64,000 nt of DNA. It comes from a virus. The DNA lies in IMG/VR virus record IMGVR_UViG_3300040751_002066, positions 4,930 to 68,929 of that record; one strand, given 5' to 3'. The notes beneath the pieces are model-generated. The model saw only the letters and a list, made by a program, of their open reading frames with translations. It was not told where the DNA came from and did no database searches. Below, one piece after another: positions 1 through 8,942 of the stretch. The position numbers and the translations under genes were made by a program. Positions within the stretch are counted from its first letter, which is position 1. The number at the start of each line of letters is the position of its first letter.

Positions 1-1436
1 GCGTCCTCCCTCTGCTTCTCGATGGGCTCTCCGGCATACTTCCGGTCCACGGCCTTACGAAGTTGGTCCGACTCCTTCTCGGCGAAGGCCCACGCACTCG
101 CCCCGAACCCTGATCCCAGAACCACGGGCTTGGTAAAGTTACGTAGGTCGGGATCCACCTCCTTCATGCTCCCCTTCTCGGGGTCCCAAAGCCCGAAGGC
201 TTCGGCAAACGCTTGGTAGATGTCCGGGGATTCTGCGATACGCTTCAGCATCTCCTTGTCTCGGGACAACCAAGCCAAGGTCCGGACCTCAATTTGCGAC
301 AGATCAAGCGCCGCCATCACGGTTCCGGGCGCAGCGCAAAAGAAGTCACGGAAGCGGAACGTGGCCTCGGACCCGTTACACTCGAAGTGCTGGGTCCCTT
401 TGGGTGGGTTCTGCATGTTCAGGTTTCCGCCACTCCCGGACCACCTCTTGGTATGTGCGCCGCAGTATTTCATGTGTCCGAAGTAGCGGTAGTGGTCTCC
501 CACGTTTCGCGTGGCCCGGATAACGGCCTCAACTTTTTTGAGGAGGGCGTTGGCTTTACGCCAGTTGCGGTACGCGTAGATCCATTGGTGCTCCTTCTCA
601 TTGGCCACCAGCCAGTCTTCAGACTCGGGATTATCTTGGGCAAGGCTCTTCGGTGGGGTGAGCCCACACACCTTGCACTGCCTGTTGAACGCGGCGCGGG
701 ACAGGAGCTTGTGCTCCCCGGTCCACGGGATGCAGTTCTCGAATTCGAAGAGTACGTCCTTCAGACTTGCCGCGGCGGCGATGGCTTTGTCGATGTCGCA
801 GGGCACCCCGCGTCTGGCGATTGTCCGGGTGTGGCGGGAGAGGTTTCTCTCGTGCTCCGGCCACCGGTCGGCCCGAGCCTCCCAGAGTTTCAGGCACCAG
901 ACGGCGTCGTCAAGCGCGTAGGCAAGCATGGCGTCCCAGTCCTTGTCGGTCATGGGTTCCCAGATACCTTCGGGGATATCCTTGTGGACGCACTCCCAGT
1001 GTTTCGGGGGCCGCTTACCGGCGGCGGCGTTACGGACCTCCTTACTCAGTTCAACATTGAACACACTGTGGACGGCGTTCTTGAGTGAGTGGGGCTCGCC
1101 GCAGTAGGCTGCCAAATCCATTGTGCAGTCCCAAACAGGAGGTGTCGGGAGGTTTCCCCACCAACCCAACTCTTGCGCGATGAGGTAAAGGTTCTCGTCG
1201 AAGGCGGTGTTGTGCGCGATCCAGTGGTGGTCGGCGATCTCATTCCATGGGGCGTCCTTGGGGTGCCCTACAAATTCAATGCCATCGGTAGTTTTGATGG
1301 CGACGAGGTAGCACTCGAAGTTTGGGTGGCGGAAGTACGCGTCCCATCCGAGGGGGTTGATCGAGCATTCTTTATCATAGGTGGTCTCGAAATCCACCGC
1401 GGCGATTGGTCTGTCTTGTGTCATAATATTATCCAT
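1..1436 (-). CDS. polA: Family A DNA polymerase with 3'-5' exonuclease domain (3' end runs off the window)
   Basis: Manual translation of the minus strand from ATG 1436 (or 1424): ExoI VDFET, ExoII AHNTAFD, ExoIII YALDD, motif A DLSQIEVR, motif B RNFTKPVVLGSGFG. Missing from the ORF track because no stop codon falls in the window. Confidence 0.93.
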   Translation of the reverse strand, partial: MDNIMTQDRPIAAVDFETTYDKECSINPLGWDAYFRHPNFECYLVAIKTTDGIEFVGHPKDAPWNEIADHHWIAHNTAFDENLYLIAQELGWWGNLPTPPVWDCTMDLAAYCGEPHSLKNAVHSVFNVELSKEVRNAAAGKRPPKHWECVHKDIPEGIWEPMTDKDWDAMLAYALDDAVWCLKLWEARADRWPEHERNLSRHTRTIARRGVPCDIDKAIAAAASLKDVLFEFENCIPWTGEHKLLSRAAFNRQCKVCGLTPPKSLAQDNPESEDWLVANEKEHQWIYAYRNWRKANALLKKVEAVIRATRNVGDHYRYFGHMKYCGAHTKRWSGSGGNLNMQNPPKGTQHFECNGSEATFRFRDFFCAAPGTVMAALDLSQIEVRTLAWLSRDKEMLKRIAESPDIYQAFAEAFGLWDPEKGSMKEVDPDLRNFTKPVVLGSGFGASAWAFAEKESDQLRKAVDRKYAGEPIEKQRED

Positions 1437-1452
1437 AGTGAAAACTTTGAAT

Positions 1453-1490
1453 CAAAAAAGAACCGTGTCTGGCTAGGCCCCAGACACGGT
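1453..1490 (-). terminator. Probable intrinsic terminator between the SSB-like gene and the polymerase
   Basis: Hairpin CCGTGTCTGG..CCAGACACGG followed on the minus strand by TTCTTTTTTG. Confidence 0.6.
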
Positions 1491-1549
1491 GGCAACTCCC
1501 CCTGAATTACGCTTCGTTCGGCTAGTCGAGAGGCGCAGGGGGAAGGGGG

Positions 1550-2284
1550 TTAGGCCCCGCGGAGGGACTGAGCGAACTCAAAGGCCTCTTCGGGTGCTTC
1601 CTTGTTGGTGCCTTTCAGGATGAACTGGTGCCAACTGAACTGGGTGCCTTTACCCTTCTCGATTGAGCTAAGGTTAAAGTAGTACCCGGTCGCGTCGACA
1701 CCTTTGGTGGCCCGTGCCCGGATCTGGGTGTTAATCGTTCCGTAGTTCTCCCGAACAGCTTGCGACTTCTGAACGGTGTACTTTACGAGAGCGAACTCCT
1801 TGCCACCAAACTCATAGAGGAAGATGGAGCTAGCCTCCTCATCATCTGTAAAGGACTCGGGGCGTTCGACGAGAACAGTGATGTCACACACAGGAACAAC
1901 TCCGAAAGAGCTGTCTGCTGCGAGGTCTGACTTCTCCTCGATGGTGTTGGCGAAGCGTGGAGTGGTTTGGTCCCCGTAAGGGATGTTCTCCTTCCAGTAC
2001 TTCCGGGCGTGGACGACAACTGCTCGGAGAGGGTCGCCGACGTGAGCCAGTGGGGTCTCCTTGTTGATGCAGATGTCTCCCAGTTCTCCACCTTCTGGGT
2101 CAAAGTGGGAAGACTTCCCGTAGATCTGCAAGTGATCGATGTTGATGTCTTCTGCCGCAGGTCCTTCGCTACGTTGGGTAGCGACTGCCCCGCCGGTCTG
2201 TGGTTCTTGGGGTTTGGACACCTCGTTTTCAGCGGGTGTCTCTTTGGCTTCTTTATCAATGTCTCCGAATGATGTGGTACTCAT
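1550..2284 (-). CDS. Hypothetical protein, possible ssDNA-binding protein
   Basis: 244-aa acidic, beta-rich ORF lying between the DUF2800-type nuclease and the polymerase, the usual SSB position. Function inferred from synteny only. Confidence 0.5.
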   Translation of the reverse strand: MSTTSFGDIDKEAKETPAENEVSKPQEPQTGGAVATQRSEGPAAEDINIDHLQIYGKSSHFDPEGGELGDICINKETPLAHVGDPLRAVVVHARKYWKENIPYGDQTTPRFANTIEEKSDLAADSSFGVVPVCDITVLVERPESFTDDEEASSIFLYEFGGKEFALVKYTVQKSQAVRENYGTINTQIRARATKGVDATGYYFNLSSIEKGKGTQFSWHQFILKGTNKEAPEEAFEFAQSLRGA

Positions 2285-2394
2285 AATGGTTATCTGTGTT
2301 TCAGTGTTTCAGTGTTGGTGTGGCCGTCGTGGCCAGCACCACGAAAGCCCGCAGCTCCATTACGGCTTGCGGGCTTAGTGTGTTGTTGGTGTGA

Positions 2395-3555
2395 TTACTC
2401 GTCAGAGGACTCGGGTTTGAGGGTCAGTCGCTCTTTACCTAGAACTATAACACCCATGTCAACCCCATCCTCGATAAATTCCTGAGCTACCTTGGCTTTT
2501 TCCCCACGGGGGGCTTTATCCTTAAGGACATCACGGAGTTTAGCGACCGGAATCCTAATGTTAGTGAGCAATTCGTCAAGGGTAATCCCGTGTGAGGCGC
2601 AGTAATCCCAGAATTCCTTGTTATCCGAAGCGAGTTTGGTACACCCCATGGATCGGAGCTCCCATCCGGGCAGGACTTCACCCTCATGGGACAACTCAAC
2701 CGCCTTTGATTTGATCCTCTCCAGCAGGGGCTCAACCATTTTGGCGATGCCATATAGAATGGCGACCTGTTCCGGATCCTCAAGGTTACCCACATCAATA
2801 GTGTCTGGTACCCCTACCCCGGCGGCCTCGGCGAAGTCCAACAACACCCCGTTAATCGCGGGGCAGTACTGGGCGTGGCGGCAATACGTGCAGTTCTCGT
2901 TGGGGTTCAGCTTCTCGTGGTTATCTGAGATAGTTCCGTTGGCCCACCGTTGGCGGTAGTCTTGAGCTGTCGCCACGATGACCGTAATGATCTGCCTATC
3001 GATGTCCACCGACTCCGGAGGGAAGTCGTACCAGTTGATCCAGTCAATCTGAGGGGCCAAGAAAATAAATCTCAGCTCTTCCAAGTCAGGGAACTTTTCG
3101 TAGGCCCCGTTCTTATAAGCCCGGGCCTGCAGGTTGTCGACCGCGTCGTCGACTTGCATGCGGCCGGACTTGTAATCAATCGCCAGACCTTTTTCTCCGG
3201 ACTCCGAGATACACAAAACGTCTCCGGTGCCCCACAACTCGAGGCCGCCATTCAGTTCCATAGTTAGTGGGAGTTCGTTGTACCGCTCGAAGGGCTCGTC
3301 ACCGAAGTACTCGGCAATCAACCGGTCCTCCGCTTCGACGCACTTATCAAACAGCTCGACTTCAAGCTCCGATTGGAGGTTGCACGGATCTCGTACTTCG
3401 AGGGCCTCGTGTATCCGGGTCCCCATCTCAGCAGCCGCTGAGGTTCCGGGGCGGTTCTCAAAGCCGGGACACTTCTGAAGGGCTTTCAACTGGGAGGGCC
3501 CTTGCGGGTGGTGGCCACGACTGGCGTGGTCCGGATGCTTGGTGTCATCACTCAT
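2395..3555 (-). CDS. DUF2800-like PD-(D/E)XK (Cas4-like) exonuclease
   Basis: GPS..C.G N-terminus, GTRIHEALE, GTGD..IDYKSG, QARAY, C-terminal NENCTYC....CP. Confidence 0.85.
   Translation of the reverse strand: MSDDTKHPDHASRGHHPQGPSQLKALQKCPGFENRPGTSAAAEMGTRIHEALEVRDPCNLQSELEVELFDKCVEAEDRLIAEYFGDEPFERYNELPLTMELNGGLELWGTGDVLCISESGEKGLAIDYKSGRMQVDDAVDNLQARAYKNGAYEKFPDLEELRFIFLAPQIDWINWYDFPPESVDIDRQIITVIVATAQDYRQRWANGTISDNHEKLNPNENCTYCRHAQYCPAINGVLLDFAEAAGVGVPDTIDVGNLEDPEQVAILYGIAKMVEPLLERIKSKAVELSHEGEVLPGWELRSMGCTKLASDNKEFWDYCASHGITLDELLTNIRIPVAKLRDVLKDKAPRGEKAKVAQEFIEDGVDMGVIVLGKERLTLKPESSDE
2444..2466 (-). promoter_or_regulatory. Class II promoter-like motif GGGGTTGACA-N7-TATAGT
   Basis: Minus strand GGGGTTGACA tgggtgt TATAGT, inside the nuclease 3' end and upstream of the SSB-like gene. 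Confidence 0.6.
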
Positions 3556-3935
3556 GGTAGTGGGAAGTCTAGGGTTTCAATAATCACGTGGCGCTGGGCT
3601 TTAGGTACCGCCATAGGGAGCTTGGGGTACACCTCCTTGGCGGAGACCTTAATGTCCCGCAGCTCCGCGGGGGAACGCTTCAAAAGAAAGGGAGGGAACC
3701 AACGCAATTTGAAGTGGTCCCACCACGTCTTGGGAGTTTGGAAGACCACGATAGGTTCGTACTCGTCCCGTATAAACACTGAGCCTTTTAGGTGGATGGT
3801 GAGTCGGTCGTAGGCCTGATGGATGTAGGTCCTCGCTGTGAGGGGCCCGAATTCCCTCAGGTCAATGTCTACTTGGGCCTGAACCTCTTCTTCTATAAGC
3901 CGGATTGTATCCGGGGTTACTTCGTGTGTGCTCAT
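3552..3935 (-). CDS. Hypothetical protein
   Basis: 127-aa ORF with 4-bp start/stop overlaps with both neighbours. Confidence 0.75.
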   Translation of the reverse strand: MSTHEVTPDTIRLIEEEVQAQVDIDLREFGPLTARTYIHQAYDRLTIHLKGSVFIRDEYEPIVVFQTPKTWWDHFKLRWFPPFLLKRSPAELRDIKVSAKEVYPKLPMAVPKAQRHVIIETLDFPLP

Positions 3936-4834
3936 GCGGACACCTCCTCGTGTACCTCGATGTCCTCGATCTTGACGTCAGGGAACTGTCGCTGGTGTTT
4001 GAGGAACGCCCCGCCCTTGGCTTCATCTTCGTTGGTCGCACGTACGGCTACGGACTTGTCGGGGTGGTCTCCTTCGCAAATTACATTGAGCAAGAAAGTC
4101 TTGAGACCGCTACGTATGGCCCGTTCGATGCGGGCGAGTTTGGAGGAGGGCCCACCAAAGGCACCGGGAGTCCCGCGACGTTCCTCTTTCGGCGTCATGA
4201 ATCGGTGCTCCGTAGGGTGGAGGCGGGGCAGTCCTTTGCTTTTACGGACCTTGCTGCGGACCTGCGGCGGGACATCTTTCCACTTGTCGATGAACGGGCG
4301 GGTATCCGAGATGTGCTCCACGGGAAAGTCATGCCACCCATAGCCTAAGGCCCGGTCGTTAAGCACGAGAGTTTTGTCGTCGAACTGGCAGGACACCCCC
4401 CGAATATCCTTGGGATTTCTCTGTACGAGACAGGCTTGCCCTTGCAGCTCCTTGATGGGGCCCATGTATATCTCGACGTTGCGGTGCCTGTCCGACTTTG
4501 CCTTAAGGTCACTCTTACCAATTTCGTACTCGGTAGACTTGAGCTTGGCCTCAACCTCATCCGCGTCGTCGTGCTTGGTGAAGGTGTACCCCTTCTCCTC
4601 GTCGGAGCGGGTCTCTTCTTCCGGCTCCGGGAAGAGGAGCTCCTCCCGGGTCTTTACCACCGGCACCTCCGGGGTGAGTGCCTCTTGGGATTCGAGGAAG
4701 GCGACCACCTCGGGAGACGCGACGACCCTGCCGGTGCCCTCCTCTTTCTCAAAAGGAATACCTGCCTGCTCAAGGGAGTGGATGAGGGTCTCGTTACTGT
4801 TTGTCGGTTTCTGTGTTTCTGTATCTTGTGTCAT
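3932..4834 (-). CDS. Hypothetical protein
   Basis: 300-aa ORF preceded by a class II motif and translationally coupled to the next gene. Confidence 0.8.
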   Translation of the reverse strand: MTQDTETQKPTNSNETLIHSLEQAGIPFEKEEGTGRVVASPEVVAFLESQEALTPEVPVVKTREELLFPEPEEETRSDEEKGYTFTKHDDADEVEAKLKSTEYEIGKSDLKAKSDRHRNVEIYMGPIKELQGQACLVQRNPKDIRGVSCQFDDKTLVLNDRALGYGWHDFPVEHISDTRPFIDKWKDVPPQVRSKVRKSKGLPRLHPTEHRFMTPKEERRGTPGAFGGPSSKLARIERAIRSGLKTFLLNVICEGDHPDKSVAVRATNEDEAKGGAFLKHQRQFPDVKIEDIEVHEEVSA

Positions 4835-4862
4835 AAATTTATTTAGCTGAAGTTGTGGGCGT

Positions 4863-4885
4863 AGCCTACCACGGGTGTCAACCCC
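4863..4885 (-). promoter_or_regulatory. Class II promoter-like motif GGGGTTGACA-N7-TAGGCT
   Basis: Intergenic GGGGTTGACA cccgtgg TAGGCT, 29 nt before ATG 4834. Confidence 0.65.
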
Positions 4886-5155
4886 CTACCACGTTTTCCC
4901 TACGCGTACCCCGGGCTCCGTCATTGCAAATACTCGCAGGCCCATAACGCGTGCGCCCTCCCCATCTTGGAAAGTCTTCGGGGTAACGGTCGGATAAGCT
5001 ACGAGGGAGTTTTCCGCATACAACTTGAGTGCCTCACGCTCCGGCGGTCCCAGCCACACCTCGGAGGGTCGGTGCCCCTCCTGTATGGATCTTCTTTGCC
5101 CGTCCTGAATGAGCCTAAATATACGGTGGATGTTAGATTTTGGAAAAGGCTTCAT
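4886..5155 (-). CDS. Hypothetical protein
   Basis: 89-aa ORF with a TAATG overlap with the helicase stop. Confidence 0.7.
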   Translation of the reverse strand: MKPFPKSNIHRIFRLIQDGQRRSIQEGHRPSEVWLGPPEREALKLYAENSLVAYPTVTPKTFQDGEGARVMGLRVFAMTEPGVRVGKTW

Positions 5156-6489
5156 TACCCTAGCATTGTATCCATGTTGTCAACCCCCTCGGAACATATA
5201 CGGTAAACGTACTCCTCGATGGTGCCGGCCGCTACCATTACCTTCTGAAGCAGGTCGGTCTTCATACCTGCCCTGTACGCTCGGCCAAGAACCTGCTTGT
5301 ACCCATGGGGGGAGAAGTCCGGGGAGATCAAAGTGACCCGTGGGAACTCACCCCGTACGTCATGGAGGTTGACCCCTGTTCCCCCCGCCTGAGTCTGGAC
5401 CGCTAGGACACGCATCTTATCCTCGGCCCAGTCGTCGAGAACCTGCTGCCTGTCCTTCTGCCCACCGATCACGGCTCCGGAATCAGGGAACGCCTTGCGG
5501 AACAGCTCGATGGATTCGCGGAAGTTGAAGAACCCTATGACACTCTTGCCTTCTGCAAGGAGTTCGTTGGTCTGCTCCACGAAGTGAGGCACCTTAAGGG
5601 TTTCGACGTGCTGGCGGGCCCGTAGGATGTCCGTGATCACGGCTCCGGACTCTTCTTTCTTTTCAGAAATATACCCCAGAACTTCTGAAATTATTTCCTC
5701 CGTCAAACCCGCTTGTTCGTACGCCGCGGCGGCGCCATCGTAGTCGCGGAGGTCTACCACAATGTTCTGGTTTTTGAACGCCCCGGGCATGTCACTAGTC
5801 TCAAGGCCGTGGGCCACTTGACGCGCCTCAAACAGCTCGAGGTTTAAAGTGGACAGGTCTCCGCCTTGGTTGAACTTGTACCGGTAGGGGTTGAACGGGT
5901 CCTTCACGCAACCCACGGACTCAGCCCAGTGGAAGAAGCTGTTGTTCCCCTTCATATTGTTGAGTTCGTGGAGACCCAGCGCGTACCCGAGGGCCCGCAT
6001 TTCGGAGGGGTCCTTCGCGGCCGTCGCGCTGAGGTTGAGGGTGTGATACCCCTGCTGTTTCGCAGCAATGAGTAGATTCCCGTTCTGAGTGTGGGACCCG
6101 CGGCACCACTGGACCTCGTCAAAGATAAGTAGGGTATCCTTGGGGACCTGCCACTCGAAGTACTTGTCGGTACGCCCCGTGCGTTTGCACTTCCTCTTCC
6201 TCTTGATGCGGACACAACCGTCTACGCCGTTACGTAGCTTCTCGTAGTTGTTCACGAAGAGGGGGGTTACCCCGTGGGCCGCAAGAGTGCGTTCCCAGTT
6301 GGTGACCACACTCTTGGGGCAGACTACGACCACTCCTTTCCCTTGCGACGCCCAATGAGCTGCGATGTGGGAGCTGATGATCGTCTTCCCGGTCCCTGTC
6401 TTGGAGGTGTCGAGGGCGCTACGGTGTGTGAGGAGGGCTCGGTAGATTGCCTTCGCGTGGTCGTCTTGTTTTGGGTAAAGGGTAGTCAT
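5155..6489 (-). CDS. SF2 (SNF2-like) DNA helicase
   Basis: Walker A TGTGKT, DEVQ, SAT, GGTGVNL, QVLGRAYRAG. Confidence 0.9.
   Translation of the reverse strand: MTTLYPKQDDHAKAIYRALLTHRSALDTSKTGTGKTIISSHIAAHWASQGKGVVVVCPKSVVTNWERTLAAHGVTPLFVNNYEKLRNGVDGCVRIKRKRKCKRTGRTDKYFEWQVPKDTLLIFDEVQWCRGSHTQNGNLLIAAKQQGYHTLNLSATAAKDPSEMRALGYALGLHELNNMKGNNSFFHWAESVGCVKDPFNPYRYKFNQGGDLSTLNLELFEARQVAHGLETSDMPGAFKNQNIVVDLRDYDGAAAAYEQAGLTEEIISEVLGYISEKKEESGAVITDILRARQHVETLKVPHFVEQTNELLAEGKSVIGFFNFRESIELFRKAFPDSGAVIGGQKDRQQVLDDWAEDKMRVLAVQTQAGGTGVNLHDVRGEFPRVTLISPDFSPHGYKQVLGRAYRAGMKTDLLQKVMVAAGTIEEYVYRICSEGVDNMDTMLG
5165..5187 (-). promoter_or_regulatory. Class II promoter-like motif GGGGTTGACA-N7-TACAAT
   Basis: GGGGTTGACA acatgga TACAAT in the helicase 3' end, 9 nt before ATG 5155. 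Confidence 0.6.
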
Positions 6490-6562
6490 GGGTACAAGTA
6501 ACCCGGCCCCTGAGTGTCGTGTCCTGAAGGACGGGGCCGGGTATTGGGGTTGGGGTTGGGGA

Positions 6563-7048
6563 TTACTTCTTGGCGGCGCGGGGCTTGGCCTTCGCCTTCG
6601 CCTTCACTTCCTCGTTGGCTTTGGTGATCGCTTCACCCACCTTCTCGGATTCGATTCCGTGCTCCTCGATGACTTCGTCAATCGTTGGCTCCGCTCCCCC
6701 GTCGTCAGACAGGATTGTGTGGTCGATGTTCGCCGCCTCGGATACGGCACGACCGAAGTGGAGAAACAACTTGGGTAGGAATTGAAGAAGGGGCGGACGT
6801 CCCTTCCAAAGGACTTGGGTCGCGTCGTCGGGCTCCTTTCCGCAGGACAAACTCCACACGTCCCACACTTCTTTCCCGTCAAGGGCGGCTCGTGCGGCGT
6901 TGGTGAGGTAGAGCTTCTTGAGGTCAGGGACCTGACTCCACGAGGGGAGGTCCTGTGCTCCTTGAGCGTTGCGGGCGGCTCTCGCCACTTCGTATGCTCT
7001 TTCGGCTACGTTCAGGGCGAGGGTATCTGTGGTCTGTGGTGTCGACAT
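6563..7048 (-). CDS. Hypothetical protein with a basic C-terminal tail
   Basis: 161-aa ORF in the operon, ending KAKAKAKPRAAKK. Confidence 0.75.
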   Translation of the reverse strand: MSTPQTTDTLALNVAERAYEVARAARNAQGAQDLPSWSQVPDLKKLYLTNAARAALDGKEVWDVWSLSCGKEPDDATQVLWKGRPPLLQFLPKLFLHFGRAVSEAANIDHTILSDDGGAEPTIDEVIEEHGIESEKVGEAITKANEEVKAKAKAKPRAAKK

Positions 7049-7051
7049 AGC

Positions 7052-7366
7052 TTAGTGTTTCAGGCCATCGGCGGTTGGCTCGATGTCCGGGGATTCGGGG
7101 TTCTTACTTTCGGGGTACGGGTTCTCCGTTCCGGGGGCACCCTCTTCGTTCTGTGCTTGGAGGTCTTTCCCGAGCCACATAAGGGCCTCCTCCACTTTCG
7201 TGATGGCAAGGGACCTTTCCCGGGAGGATCGGACTTTGGGTTCGTCCTCCGGACGTCCCTGACGCTGCCCGCTACGCCGTTTGAGGCGGTCGAGGACTCC
7301 GTCGAGGTCTTTCCGGAACTGCTTTGTATCTGCCACTACATGTGGCGTATTGTTTAGTGTACTCAT
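7052..7366 (-). CDS. Acb2/Tad1-like helical hairpin protein (putative immune-signal sponge)
   Basis: Motif SRERSLAITKVEEALMWL matches the Tad1/Acb2 family signature; 104 aa. Confidence 0.6.
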   Translation of the reverse strand: MSTLNNTPHVVADTKQFRKDLDGVLDRLKRRSGQRQGRPEDEPKVRSSRERSLAITKVEEALMWLGKDLQAQNEEGAPGTENPYPESKNPESPDIEPTADGLKH

Positions 7367-7377
7367 AGATTCTAAAG

Positions 7378-7869
7378 TTAATCGTCTGGCTGGTCCGCAG
7401 CTTCAAGGGCAAAGATCTCCTCCCGACTGAGTGGGATTGCGGCCCTCTCCTTGATGCGGAGGTCGTTAATTGTCGCTTCGTGTTGCTTTTCGCTCACCCC
7501 GGAGGTGAGGCCGATGAATTTATCCAGCTCCTTCTGGGCGGCGGCGGTCCGGTTAGCGAACGGGTGCTCCTCCATTTCGGCATCCAGCTCCCGTTGGAGC
7601 AGAGCGAGTGCCCTCCATGCTACCTTCGCGGAGTGCCGGATCCCATCCGTGTCTACGGTCCCAGCGTCGACGAGATGGCGGAGAAGGGCGTCCCCCTCGT
7701 CGGTGCTTTTTGACTTGTCCCAGTGTAGGGGTTTGTCCGGGTGGTGCTGGTCGTTGCCTTTCTGGCTACACTCCGCGACGGCGCAGAGGGCGTCAGGAAA
7801 ATATTTGAGGACCCCACTGTACAGGGGGATTCCTTTTCGTTCGTTTGGGTTAGTGGGTAGGTTACTCAT
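7378..7869 (-). CDS. dATP/dGTP diphosphohydrolase domain protein (DUF5664-like)
   Basis: K..PL...LKYFPDAL.AVA..S.KG..QH...W, ALLRHL, D.DG.RH.AKVAWRALA. Confidence 0.85.
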   Translation of the reverse strand: MSNLPTNPNERKGIPLYSGVLKYFPDALCAVAECSQKGNDQHHPDKPLHWDKSKSTDEGDALLRHLVDAGTVDTDGIRHSAKVAWRALALLQRELDAEMEEHPFANRTAAAQKELDKFIGLTSGVSEKQHEATINDLRIKERAAIPLSREEIFALEAADQPDD

Positions 7870-8414
7870 TACTTAAGTTTGTTGAATGTTCGGAGGAAGG
7901 TGGCCATCGCGGCCTCCGGTGTCCACGGAATAATGCGCGGCACACCGATCAACCCGTCATAATCGCGGACGGGGATGGGCAACTCGAAGTCGCGTGCTTC
8001 GGCTGAAAGCATTAGCGCATCGGCGTCCTCCACTGCGGGATTAAGGGTGGCCCCGACACACCCCTTACGTGCCACCTTAAAGTGGCGGAAGATGGACTCC
8101 TGTACCTTGTCCTCAATCTTGCAATACTCCGGGAGGAGGCTCTTGAGAGGGGCGGGGATGTCAGAAAGGAAAGCCTCCGAGGCGTCGTGCAACAGAGCTT
8201 CCAACGCGTACTCTTTGGGGACAATTCGGGAGCACAGCACACTGTGCTGGGCGACCGAGTAGAAGGTCGAAAGATTCCCACTAAACCGGCAGAGCTGGGA
8301 CAAGGCCCTAGCTATCTGGCGGATGGTGTATGGGTACTGCTCCGGGCTGAGAAAGTAAAATGCCTTCCCATTGGGGAGCACAATGTGTCGATCTTCGGGT
8401 TTTGGGACGCTCAT
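7869..8414 (-). CDS. HD-domain 5'-deoxynucleotidase (YfbR-like)
   Basis: IARALSQLCRF.G, FYSVAQHS, LLHDASEA..SDIP.PLK, AD..ML..E.RD; likely start ATG 8414. Confidence 0.88.
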   Translation of the reverse strand: MSVPKPEDRHIVLPNGKAFYFLSPEQYPYTIRQIARALSQLCRFSGNLSTFYSVAQHSVLCSRIVPKEYALEALLHDASEAFLSDIPAPLKSLLPEYCKIEDKVQESIFRHFKVARKGCVGATLNPAVEDADALMLSAEARDFELPIPVRDYDGLIGVPRIIPWTPEAAMATFLRTFNKLK

Positions 8415-8420
8415 GTATGA

Positions 8421-8443
8421 ACAATAACACACATGTCAACCCC
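8421..8443 (-). promoter_or_regulatory. Class II promoter-like motif GGGGTTGACA-N7-TATTGT
   Basis: Intergenic GGGGTTGACA tgtgtgt TATTGT; ATG 8414 starts 7 nt after the hexamer, the expected +1. Confidence 0.7.
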
Positions 8444-8453
8444 TGATCAGAAA

Positions 8454-8942
8454 CTAGTGGGTGAGGCTCTCGGACTCTGCCTTGGTCCGAAGCAGGGACG
8501 TGTCGGCCGCGGCATACCAAAGGGCACAGGCATCCGCGAGGTCGTTACTGGGGATAGTGCTAAAGTCCCCTCGCCTCACTGCCTCGTTCTGCATGTCTTC
8601 CTTAGACGCCTTACCTCCCCCGGTGAAGAACTTCTTGAGGGTGGTTGGGGGGACCTCGTGGATGATCCGCACCCCGGCAGTGGCGCAGGCTAGGCGTACC
8701 ACTCCTCCTATCTCTCCGAGACGGTGTTGCCGAGAACGGGCGGCGAAGGCATACCCCTCAATGACTGCCACCTCGGGCTTGTGTTTGAGGAGGTGCGCAA
8801 GGATCTTGTCGTGCATGGTGCGGAGACGGGTGACCCCTCGCTCTGACCCGCCTTTGATTTCTTCGTACTGGCCCGGGCCGAAGTACATGGCGGTGTTGGT
8901 TAGGGACACATCAATGCCCACGGCGTTACTCGGAGTCTTCAT
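8454..8942 (-). CDS. ruvC: RuvC-like Holliday junction resolvase
   Basis: VGIDVSLTNT, VIEGY, LGEIGGVVR, VPPTTLKKFFTGGGKASKEDM, NDLADA. Confidence 0.88.
   Translation of the reverse strand: MKTPSNAVGIDVSLTNTAMYFGPGQYEEIKGGSERGVTRLRTMHDKILAHLLKHKPEVAVIEGYAFAARSRQHRLGEIGGVVRLACATAGVRIIHEVPPTTLKKFFTGGGKASKEDMQNEAVRRGDFSTIPSNDLADACALWYAAADTSLLRTKAESESLTH

Noticed and set aside
22-1505. Plus-strand ORFs (213-1088, 1089-1505 and others)
   Set aside because: Antisense shadows of the minus-strand DNA polymerase, whose motifs are clear
2395-3555. Cas4-like nuclease as evidence of CRISPR-Cas
   Set aside because: It is the DUF2800-type replication-module nuclease; no other cas genes and no repeat-spacer array are present
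7378-8414. Z-genome (2-aminoadenine) pathway
   Set aside because: No PurZ in the window; HD and DUF5664-like genes alone are insufficient
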